Assembly: GCA_905178155.1 (NCBI GenBank)
Contig: CAJINV010000005.1
Span: 501,319-565,318, forward strand
Length of the DNA: 64,000 nt
Direction of reading: 5' to 3'
From: Amoebophrya sp. A120
Lineage: Eukaryota; Protista; Dinoflagellata
Both the position numbers and the translations under genes were made by a program. The notes below the pieces were generated by a model. It did not search any database. It was not told the origin of the DNA and saw nothing but the letters and a program-made list of their open reading frames with translations. This document shows positions 50,701 to 61,800 of this stretch, piece by piece. Positions within the stretch are counted from its first letter, which is position 1. Each line of letters opens with the position of its first letter.

Positions 50701-52305
50701 CAAACTATTGAAGTGGCTACTCCAACTGTCCTCCATCGGAAGAAAGTTGAAAAAGTAGCCACTTCGATAACAACTGCATGACAAATTGCCACAGTAGTGG
50801 CAGTTGTTGAAATTGAACAACAACGCAAACGCGTTCAAATTATAGCCACTGCAGCAAGAATTATCTGTGTTGTTGTTCAGTTTGCAACTTGTCACGCAGC
50901 TTTTGATGAAGTGGCCACTTCAACTCTCCACCAGAGTGTCGTGAGCAGCTGCGCGACACGTTGCAAACTGAAGCTGGACAACGACGCCAATTGTTGAAGT
51001 GGCTATGTCAACAATTTGCGTCGTGTGCGAGCAAAAATTGTGAAAGTGGCCACTTCAGCAGTTCGGGTTCTGCGAATTGTTGAAGTGGCCACTTCAGCAA
51101 TTCGGGTTGTGCAAAATGTTGAAATGGCCACTTCAACAAAACCCGAATTGCTGAAGTGGCCACTTCAACACTTTGCACAATTATTTCAACAATTTGCACA
51201 ACGCAAATTGTTGAAATAGCCATTTCAACAATTTGCACAACCCAAATTGTTGAAGTGGCCACTTCAACAATTTGGGTTGTGCAAAGTGTTGAAATGGCCA
51301 TTTCAACAATTCGGGTTCTGCGAATTGTTGAAATGGCCACTTCAACAATTCGGGTTCTGCGAATTGTTGAAGTGGCCAGTTCAACAATTCGGGTTGTGCA
51401 AAATGTTGAAATGGCCACTTCAACAATTCGGGTTCTGCGAATTGTTGAAGTGGCCACTTCAACAATTCGGGTTGTGCAAAATGTTGAAATGGCCATTTCA
51501 ACAATTCGGGTTCTGCGAATTGTTGAAATGGCCACTTCAACAGTTCGGGTTGTGCAAAGTGTTGAAATGGCCATTTCAACAATTCGGGTTCTGCGAATTG
51601 TTGAAATAATTCGGGTCGTGCAAAATGTTGAAATGGCCATTTCAACAATTGCAATTTAGGGTTTTGTTGAAATGGCCATTTCAACACTTTGCACAGCCCG
51701 AATTTTTGAAATCATGGCCACTTCAACAATTCGCAGAACCCGAATTGTTGAAGTGGCCACTTTCGCAATTTTTGTTCAATTTCAATAAATTGTCACTATT
51801 GTGGCAATTTGTCATGCGCTTGCTATTCAAATGGCTACCTCAACTCTCCGCGAAGTTGAAGTAGCCACTTCAACACAAGCTGCGTGACACGTTGCAAACC
51901 CAAGCCGAACAACAACAAGAACGCAAATTGTTGAAGTGACTACTTCAAAAATTTGCACAGCGCAAGTTTTTGAAGTGGCAACTTCAACAGTTTGCCTGTG
52001 CGAATTGAAGTAGCCACCTCCATAACAACTGCGTGACAAGTTGTAAACTGAACAACAACGCAAACTGTTGAAGTGGCTACTTCAGCAATTTACTGCGTCG
52101 CTGTTCAATTTCGTCACGCAGTTGTTATTGGTATGGCTATCAGAAAGCTGAAGGGGCCTTGGCTTGAAAGTTCGCCATGCCATCGGTGAACACATTTTTA
52201 AAAAATGCCCGATGCTTTTTCTATATAGACGCGAACGCTCCTCCCTGGTCCTCCCTGGTCCTCCAGGGTCCTCCCTACTCCCTGTCTATAAATTTCTCTG
52301 CAATA
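47702..52305 (+). mobile_element. 4.6-kb TIR-bounded DNA transposon with a GC-degenerate hAT-like transposase remnant and a palindromic array
   Basis: Left end: AATAGCAGAAGAGTTTATAGA…GTAGGGAGGACCAGGGAGG…CTATATA. Reverse complement of the right end: TATTGCAGAGAAATTTATAGA…GTAGGGAGGACC…GGACCAGGGAGG…CTATATA. Flanks gacaa(ac)/gacac. Plus-strand peptides VRCRECGDK, TAIATDRAKSV…GPFAHARL and PGNTRS. Confidence 0.7.
50990..51770. repeat. 39-bp palindromic minisatellite (about 20 units); degenerate copies extend ~50650-52135
   Basis: Unit = 28-bp palindrome AATTGTTGAAGTGGCCACTTCAACAATT plus an 11-bp linker, CGGGTTCTGCG or CGGGTTGTGCA. A 13-aa periodicity (LLKWPFQQFAEPE) appears in the ORF track on both strands. 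Confidence 0.95.
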
Positions 52306-53181
52306 GACACCAAACGCCTCCCAAGGGCCCCAGGCCGCTGCGCTTTTCTGTGTCGTGGAAGGATGGGGGCAGTCGCTGCGGCCCCCAATGCATGGCGGCC
52401 GCCCGCGGCCCGGCCCCGGGCCCAGCGGCCAAACAGATCTGCCCATGGCGCCCCGCCAAGCTGTCCAAAAAGCCACAACGCGGGCCCCGCTCCCCGGCCT
52501 CTATCTTCGACGTCGCCCAGGCGCTCTCTGCGAGTACACAAACTCGCAGAGCCGCTCCGCCACGTGTCCGGCGCTGCCCCGAATGCCACTGGGTCGCGTA
52601 GATTCCACTGGCGACACCCATGCAGAAGGTGAAGGGTCCGGCTTTCCGCCGTTGATGGCCAAACGAAAACACGGCGCCACCAATGGCCCGGCTGTCGGTC
52701 CTCTTTCGGCTGTTGCTCCGCCGGCCCGCATGTGGTATGATCCATGCAACTGCTTGCGACCCAGGCCCGCGGGGTCGCCAGGCACTGCGCTCATGTGCGC
52801 CGCCCGGGCTTCACGTCTGTCGACACACAGCCACCGGCGACGCGGAAAGCTACCAAGAAGTTCACAAGAAGCGCTTCATTTTTTTGGATCTCGCTCTGTC
52901 CTCTGAACATTGCTTGTGGCACTGAGGCTCTCGAGAAACGTCGGACACTCAAGATTGAAACGCATAGCAGGACTTTTCTTTTGCTGCATGTCTCAAGTCC
53001 TCCTCGAAGATGAAACTCGCCGCCAGTTCGGAACAGCGACGCCTTCTCAGCCAAACACAAACTAGAGGGAAGTTCGAACACATGCAGGCAGAAACCACGC
53101 GTAACAATATTCTGTGACTGTTGAAATTAGAGACTAGCTCGAATACGAGCGTCTAAACCTCAAAGAATGGACTTCAGGATG

Positions 53182-55816
53182 TCAAGACAGCAGTTCTAAC
53201 GGTCGCAAAAGTTTCCAGGAGTTGTCCTCTGTAGGTTGCTCGTGTCGTCCCACTCTAGTTGCAGTGCTTGTAGAATTTGCGTTCGCCGTAGCTTCTACTT
53301 CAGAAGCCGGGTCATACTGTTTCGCAAGTTGTCTCAACGCGGCTCCGACAGTGTTGTTCCGCTTGCCGTGCTGAGTTCGCTCGTTCGGATCCGGCACTCG
53401 CTCGCTTCCATATTGCTCGTGGTGACCTCCACCGCCGAGGTATTGCGCATCGGCATCGTCGTGGGTTTCTCCAGCATGATCATCTCCCAGCAGTTCTTCG
53501 CCATTCGCGTCTCGCTGCGTTGCGGGAACCAGCGGTGAGTCAATTTTCGCCACCAAGTCCCGCGTGATGTCCTTGATGTTCACCCGATCGTGGATGCCGG
53601 TCGAATTATGCAAATGCGCCACACCGTACTTGTTAAAAACCCTGCTCCGCGAGTCCGTCAAATCCAGCCGCACCTCCGTCTGAAACCTCGCGCAGTCCTG
53701 CCGCAAAGCTTGCAAATCGAGGTAGAAACTCTGTTTCGCCTGCGTCCAGAAATTTTTCGCGTCGTGCTGGAGCGTTTGCTTCAACCGCAGAAATTTTACT
53801 TCCAATTCGCGGTACTTCTGATCCAGAATCACCTCTCTCTGTTGCATCTTCTTGTTCTGACTGTCAAATGCAAGCTGGAGGTCCGCGGAAAGGTGAATCT
53901 GGGCGGTTGGGTCACCGTTGTAAGCCGTTTCGACTGCGGAAAGCGGAGACGGTACCTGTGGGGTTTTGGTGATGATGAAAGAGGTATTTGTTTTTTGTTT
54001 TCTCGTACGATTATTTGACCCATGTCTTAACACCAGAACCATCAAAGTAGACGAGGGTACGCATCCACGCAACAAATGAAAACCTAATCGTTCCAAAATA
54101 TACTCTTACCACCGCCCCTCCCGTCGCCTGCAGGTAGTTCGCCGAGGAGCCGGGAAACGGGAACGCCAACTCGAGTTCCAATTGCGCCAGCCGCTCGCGC
54201 ATCTTCTTGACTTCCTCCGCGACAAAGCCGGTTATTCTCGTTTCCGCTTCTTCCAGCTGCTTTTGATGGATCGTTCCGCCGTGAAGCTTCGATTGCGCCA
54301 GCGCCGCAGTGCGGAGTTCGCGGACCTGGGTCTGCAGGGAGCGGACCTCTTTCGCGTTATTTGATAGCGCCACTGTATTCTGTCCTGTTGGGTGCAGCTG
54401 CTGATGCTGGAGAGGTGACGAAGGATCTTGTCCAAGAACCACCGTGGGCGAAAGTGCTGCTCTCGTCGCATCCTCTGGATGGTTTACAATCCCTGTCTTG
54501 CTGTTGAACAACCCGAAAGGCGATAGGACTCTCGTTGCAAGCGCAGGCGAGTTTGTTTCCGCCGGGTTATTCACGCTCTCCAAAATCTTGTCAACCTCCC
54601 GGGTCGTTGTACTGGCTGACGCAAGAACTTTGTTTCCTTCCAGCGCCTCGTTGATCTTCTGCGCCATCTGCTGCAAGTCATCTTCGTACCAAACCACCAC
54701 CGGCGCAATGGCCGTTTCGATTTCGCCTAATCTGCCTTCGTAGGTTGCGCACTTCCGCAGCAAATCCTCAATCCGATTGGTGTTCACGTTTTCCTTCAGT
54801 TCCAGCCGGCTCTCCAGGTCGTCAACTCTTTCGAGAAGCTGCGTGTGAGCAGAATCATGGCTAGCACGATCAGGCTGATGAAGTAGGTCCGTGCCAGTTC
54901 CTGCGAAGGCGGAGGAAGATGACGCTCCTTCCAACCCGTGGCTTTCGACCTTCTGGATTCTCGCGAGGAGCTCCGCGACGCGTCCTCCAGTTGTCTCTCC
55001 TTCTTCACGAAATAAAGCGTCCTTCAACAACTGTTGAGAAGATTCGCTGGTCTTCACTTCCAATTGCTTCTGGATTTCCGCTCGCACAAACTCCGTTGTC
55101 GTTAAATCCACGATCTGCGCCACCTTGCTGTCCAACTCCGCCGCGAACTTCGTTTCCATCACAGCAACCCTCTCTTCCACCTCTCGAGCCACAGTAGCCG
55201 CAACGACGTCCGCAAGCTTCTGCTCCACGTTTTCGCGGATGATCTGCTCGATCGTCCCGTCGTAGATCCCATCGAGCTTTTTTCCCACGACCTGCAGCGT
55301 GATTCGGAGCGAATTCTTGATCTCCTTGACGTAGTTCTGGAGAAATTCCAGCAACGGCTCAGGAATCGTTTTGCTCGCAATTTCCAGTGCGCGGATCGCA
55401 AATTCCTGTTCCCGCTGCCTGTTGTCGAGCGACTGGAGGTTTCTTTTGAGTTCCTTCTGCTGCAAATACAGTCCCCGGACAATCTCACCCTCCTCGCTGT
55501 GCAGAAAGGCATCTTCGAGGTGCTGCTGATGCTTCGATTTTCTGTTCGCGGCGGAAGGGCTTCGGCTATGCTGACTGGCGGTTCTGGAACTGCTACCAGC
55601 TGCACCTGGTCCTCTTCGGAGGATCGGGACGCGACCGTGACCATCCTCTGTGGGGGTGGTCGTGGGGTGCCCATGCCGGTCATATTTGTAGGGGCTGTGC
55701 TCGTGCTGCGTCGGCGATTCCTTGGTCGATACGGCGGGCGAGTGAGAGTGCCCGCGTGCTCTGGGGCGGTGGAAGCTGCTCGCTGCTGGGGGATGGGGAT
55801 GATTTGCCGTGGACAT
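53182..55816 (-). CDS. Coiled-coil protein, 2 exons
   Basis: ORFs 54011..55816 and 53182..54096, probably joined by a GT-AG intron at ~53956..54109 (GTAAGA…CCCCACAG); E/L/Q/K heptad-rich. Confidence 0.72.
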
Positions 55817-55999
55817 GCAAGAATAAAGTTAAAGATCAGACAGGACAGTTATGTCATTCTGAACTTGGTTCGCGTGTTGAGCTTGTTGAGGAGCATAGTT
55901 CTGCTTGGATGTATCACTATCTCTTCTCCCTCTATAAAAGACGCCGCCCTGTGCGTCGGTAGTGCTTTTTGAGGTTCTCGTTCCCCATCTATTTCTCTC

Positions 56000-58230
56000 G
56001 CTCCGCAGGTCATCGCTTCGTTAGGTCCGAGCGCTAGAGGGGGGCGTGCTATTTCCAGGAGCCTGGAAAGGCTTTGCCAACGCCATCAATTGCAATCGCT
56101 CAAGAGAATCGCGCTCGTTGCGACTCCGGCAGAGTGGACAAACAAGTTGTGCGCGAAAAACACATAGGACACGGATGTGAAAAACACACACGAAGCGGGG
56201 CACCTGTCCGGAGAACTCGCATTCTTGAGGCGAATGCGCACATCCTTTCTGCGCCGACTGAATGGGCGGCGTATGTTGATGGGGTCGATCAGAACATTGC
56301 GTCCGAGGCCTGGCAACCTCAAGCTCCACAGCCTGGATGGTTGTAGACGACGGCGCCGCCACGCACAACAACACGGCCCCGGCTGGGGGTGGGGATTCTC
56401 GCTGAACGGCCGCGGGCGAGCGGGCATTGATTGGCGCCCGCGCGCCCCACACCGACATAGGCGCACCGAGTGCCGAGGAGGGGTCGCCAAGAAAGAAGCT
56501 CGCGCGCGTGCACCCGGGGCCCGGAGGGAGCGGGCAGCCGGTGGCGCGCGCATACGGGGCACAGACAGGCAACGACTGGGCCGCGGTTGGAAGGGCCTGC
56601 CGCCCCATTGGCCGGATCCCGCGGGCGCGCGGACTTACGCAGCCGCGCGCGCGCGCGCAATTGCCCAAACAAGATAGACGGAAAGGGCGGGCGCCAGGCC
56701 CCCCCGGCCCAGGGAGGGGGGCTCCCACTGGCGCTGTGCTTGGGTCGGTGCTTGGATCGCCGGCGCGCTCTGCCTTCCGTCGGCCGCGCATCATTCTCAT
56801 TTGCCGGGTGCGGATGTTTTCTAACTCTTTCGCCCCAGTGGCCCAAGGGACCACGCCGGGGCGTCCCGCCCTCGGTTTGCCAGCCCCCCGCCCCGCCCCC
56901 CCGCCCGGCGTCCGCGGCGGGCGCGCAGGTGATCCCGGCGCCCTGTGCTGTTTCTTCCGCCTGGCGCGTCGCGCCCGATGTGTCTGAAGGCGCCCGCGAA
57001 GCCCAGGCGCGTGAAATCCGCCGAGCAGAAGTATCCGCCAGACCTCCCTCGTTGTCACATGGATCGAGGAGGAGTTGCGCCCCACGCCCTCTTTCTCGCG
57101 TCGACTCTTGCGAGAGGGATGGGGGGCACCGCTCCGCGCCGAGCACTGGGCGACTGCACAGCGAAGACCTTTGCCCGGCTAACTCGGCCCCTAAGCGGAG
57201 GAGTTGCCGAGGGGTTTTTGGCCAAGGCGTGCACGAGGTAGGCGAAAATGCCCGCCGCAATCAGAAATATGCCGCGACACTTGAGCACCAGCCGGGATTT
57301 GGCCCGAAGGTGCGCGCTACCAACCACACCGCCGGCCAGGAAGTCCCGGCGCGGATCGGGCAACCCCTTCCGGCCTTTCTGCGTCATATACTAACGCCCC
57401 CGGGCATTCTGCGCCCCGGGGTGCGACGAACCGGCCGGCCCGGCAAGGGGGCGCCCAATTTGTGGCGGCGCCAAGCGCCCGGGGCTTCAATCAATCACGA
57501 CCGAAACCGGGGGGGCCGCGCGCCTCCAAGCGAGCCCCATCGGGCCGCACGGCGGCTGCCAGGCAAAAAGGCGCGGATGTCCGCGCGCCTAAAAGGCTTC
57601 CGGGGCCCTGGGTGGTCGGTGGCGCGCAAGGCCCTCAACCGGGTGGGCCGACACCCGCCCGCGATGCGATTTCCCGCGATTCCTGTGCAGATTCCTGCTT
57701 CCACTTCTCGAATTCATTGCGTTCTTCTTCCGTCGCCACAGTCGCAAATTTCCGGCGCTCACTGTGTGAGCAGGGTGCGTGTATCAACCTGCAGGCCGCG
57801 GCACTTTTTACGCGCCATCTTCGAAAACAAGAGCCGAAGATGGATTGATAGACGCCAAAGGAGGCCAACCAAAAAAATGGGCGCCACGAAGAAGATAAAT
57901 AATCCAGCGGCCGCCTGGCCCCGGGTGCGCGTCTAGTTCTCCGCGAGGGACAGCAATGGCGCGGCACGGCCGTGGCACGCAAAAGCAGCCAAATGCCCTG
58001 GCGGCTGCGCGCTTCTTTTGGGCAAGCGATGCCAAAGCCCCTCCCCTCATCCCTCTAATTTTTTTGGGCCGCCGCCGCGGCGATCCACGTGCGCCCAGGC
58101 CTCCAAAGGCGCGCCCGCTCAAACATGCCGCGGAGCACTACAGGCGCGGGAACGTGGTGCGGTGTCCGTGCGCTCCCTCGGAAAAATTCGAAGAGATAAA
58201 ACCATACCTACGCGCGCAGGTGCGCCGCGA
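56000..58230 (+). pseudogene. GC-rich degenerate island, possible hypermutated hAT-like transposase relic
   Basis: Abrupt GC-rich block with long open frames on both strands. ORF 56470..57936 has GCFLTLSPQW, EAQAREI, RVDSCERD…LCPAN and ILRPGVRR in hAT core order. No convincing TIR or TSD found. Confidence 0.35.
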
Positions 58231-58860
58231 TGGAGTCGCACTCAGATGGGCATCATGAACACATGACTCTTTCGGAAACAGGGCACAGGTTGCTCGTACG
58301 GGAGGAAGATTCTGTCAGCCGCAATACCAATAGCGACGTCCCGCCAAATATTATCGGATGTATCTTTCGAAGACATGGTTTCGAGGGAAAGAGGAATGAG
58401 TTTCACTGGTACTTTGATCGCGGATAGTTGGAAAAGTACTGCATGTTGTCGTGGACACATTCACACTATTATAAAAAAGAAGTAGATGGTGATGGTGCTT
58501 TGTCTTTGCTTATTGTTCTGTCACTTGGATGAGCGAAGGCGAACAGTAGGCGAGTCCGTTTTTCAGAATGAATTCGATGACGATGATGCTCGTTTTTTCC
58601 TGAAGCTTCACCCTTCGAGAGACGGAGGCTCTTCATCCAATGGAAAAACCGTCCGTCGTTGTACATGCTGCAGAGGTCTTCATCTTCTTACCTGAGAGTG
58701 AATAGATTTTTTTTTCCTTTAATTTAAAGTTCCTGCATATTGACTCAAAGTCCCCTTCCTTCACGATACAGTATCACTTCTTTCAGCAGCACTCTATTAA
58801 TTGGATGTGCAAGAGGAAAAGGAATAAAAGTCCGATGAAATTATCTTACGCACCTCATCC

Positions 58861-61800
58861 TCATTTCCAGTCATCCATCTTGTGCCAACTCCCCTCCGAG
58901 CTGTCCTTGTCGTCCTTGACAATACCGGATCCCGCACTGTTCGCACTCCCTCCCCAGTTTTTCGAGCTCCAACTCTCGTCGTTTCCCCAATGTGACGAAG
59001 AGGAACCCCCCGCGGCGTCGTACCAGGAGGAGCTCGCGCTCGAATTCCAGTCATCACCGTAATTTGACGTGTTGCTCCCCCAGTCGGAATAAGCAGAGGA
59101 AGTCGCACTCGCACCCGCTCCATAGCTGTTCGCACCTTTGTTCGAATCAGCCTCGTTGTCTCCTGTTCCTGTCATAACTCTATCGCCTTGCTTCGGGGCA
59201 TACTTTTCTTCCCACCAAGACGTCGCGTTTCCGTTCCAGTCGTCGTACGTCGAGGATGAAGATCCGGCGCCGCCACCACCAGCTGTGGAAGCGGTGGACC
59301 AGTTGTCTCTTTCAAGAGCCCTAGTTTCCGCAGCGCGTCCTCTGTTTCGGTCGTGGGTCACTGAGGAGCAATTTGACCCCGTAGTTGCAACAGTGCTGCT
59401 CGCAACACTCGCACTCGACGCGGCTGGATTATTCCCCGTTGCTGTTTCACCATTGACAGGAGGTCGTGCCTTCGACGAGGACTTCTTATCGGCGATAGCA
59501 GTCTTGAGCACCGGCAGTGCCTCGTGCTTCAACATGTCGTAAAAATCTTTCAGCTCTGCCTTGCTGGAAGGGCCGTAGTTGTCCTTTTTCAGCAACCAAT
59601 CCAAGATGGTAGACCTGGGGTTTTGGTGGGGGTACAGTGATGCAGTCTGTCATATTGCACGTGAAAGACACTGAATTTGCTCAGTGCTAGTGCTCGAAAG
59701 CAGAAAAAAGTCTTCTATCTACTTACGGCGTGAAATGCTTCTCCGGTGCCGCGCCACGGTCCTGTGCAGCAGCCGCAGCCGCCTGCTCTTTCTGTTTTTG
59801 CTTGTTCAATTCGTTCTGTAAATCCACACACTCCTGCCTGGTCCTCTGGTGGTCTGCCATTTCCTTGCTCAGTGCCCGTTCACATGCATCCTTGTCATTC
59901 CGTAGTTCTTTCAGTTCCTCTTGTAGCGCATCAATACGCTTCGCCGCATTCACATTCATCGGGGTGTTCTGTTCGGCGGTGGCCCTTGCTTGGAACGTGT
60001 TTGTTGGAGGAGGAACAGCACTTCCTACCGGTGCCCGATGCAGCTCGGGCTGATGGGCCAAAGGCTGGCGGCCAGTGGCGTGCGTGTTGCTGTACTGGGT
60101 GGCGCTCGCACTGTAGCTGGAAGCGGTACCTGGTCAAACGTTGTCTGGCAACGGTATCTATGTACGTGTTTGCAAGACATATCATTTTCATGAGAAGTAC
60201 TTTGGAGTGCTTGCGCTCGTAAGTACATCAACATGTGCATCGACGGCATGCATAGAAAGATAAAAATCCGAGAAGTACCGTAAGAAAATCCCCCTTGTGC
60301 ACTCGATCTGTTACATCCGGTCACACTGGATGCGCCCGTTACTGAAGATCCTCCGCTCGGGTTGTGTTGCACTTGTTGCAAGTTTGCAGCGACCAAGTGT
60401 CCAGTAGCGCCGGGTTGCTGTAGTTTTTGGATTTGGTGCGAAGAATTCATGAACATGATCTCAGGTTGTAAAAGTTAAATTGATCTTTCTCTCATTGCGA
60501 GATGAAAATGCGCTTTGGCACAAGCTGGGACGACAAAACAGCGGCTGCGCATGAGCGGTAGAAAGAATGAAAAACCCGACGAGTGGCAGCTTATCTATCA
60601 ACAGCTTATACCAGCCCATCCCGAATGCTTCCCCACTTTTTGAACCCTTTCGGCACGTTTACCCCTTCGGCGATCTCCTCGCAGCGCAGCGGCAGCGGCA
60701 TGTTTTTGCAGCGGTATTACAATGAAAAACGCCCCCCACCCCAGAATTTGCAAAAGTTTCTGATGCAAAGTTTCGCAATGAAAACTTTTTGTCTTGCATG
60801 AAAGGATTAGGAGTCTTTCTGGTGCAGAGTTTACATCTAGGCTCGCAAGGTATCTCTTGCATTAGAGATTCGGCTGGTGCAAGGCTCTTTGCAATCCAAA
60901 TTTGAGCTCTTCAGGATGGAAAATAATTTGTGATGCTGATACATGCAAGACGGGGAATGTTTCTATTGGAAAGGTTTGCAATGCAACTGCTGCCAAGTTC
61001 TGGGGTGCGGGCATTTTTCACTGTAATAAGCGGCGCCGGCTCTTCTCGATCATGTCCGGCGTCATGGTTTCCAAGGTGAACCGTATCAAAAGTAAAAGTG
61101 TCTGGGTCTGGAAACTTGTGATGCTGGGTGGGTGGCGTCTCATGATGAGGCTACAGATGCTGGCTCAGCATGACAAGTTTCTGAGCTCCTAGGTGTTGCC
61201 TATTCTGCATGACAAACTGCGCTTCTGCATCACAGAAAAACGGAGCTCTTGGGTAACGTGCATCACAGATTTAAGGGTCATGCCAGACAAGCATGACAAA
61301 CATGAATTCTTCCTGACCCAGACATTTTTACATTTGATAAACCGGTCCAGGTTGTCATACGCCAGTCCCTTCCGGTGCGTGTTGGAGTTGGGCGTGTGGG
61401 AGCCGTTGATCTTCGTCGGCTTGCTCCACTGCGCATAACAGAGCCTGCAGCGAAGCTCTGGCCACCCATTGTGGTCGATCAGCTCGTAGTACTGTGGATT
61501 TGTAAACAATTCCATCAGATACTCGGGCTCTTCGATCTTCCCGTCGTAATCCCACTGCGTCTTCGGGATTGGCCTTCCGTAGCAATCGATCGGCTTCAGG
61601 GAGAAAAGATCAATCTCCTCTTCCTCCACATCCTCGCAAATGGTTGACATGTTGTTTCCACCATGACCGCGAAACGCCGCGCCCTGAGCAAACTGCTGCT
61701 GGTTCATTGCGGATGCGGAGCTCGGCCAGGCGGACGAATGATACGAAGTTGCGGAGGAGTGGCTGTTATAGCTGACCTCGGACGACATCGTGGTGAAAAG

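Noticed and set aside
51008-51687. Repeat-protein ORFs (LLKWPFQQF…, VEMAIST…)
   Set aside because: Open in several frames on both strands; an artefact of the 39-bp palindromic unit.
50990-51770. CRISPR array
   Set aside because: The linkers are only 11 bp and of two recurring types rather than unique spacers. There are no cas genes and the context is eukaryotic.
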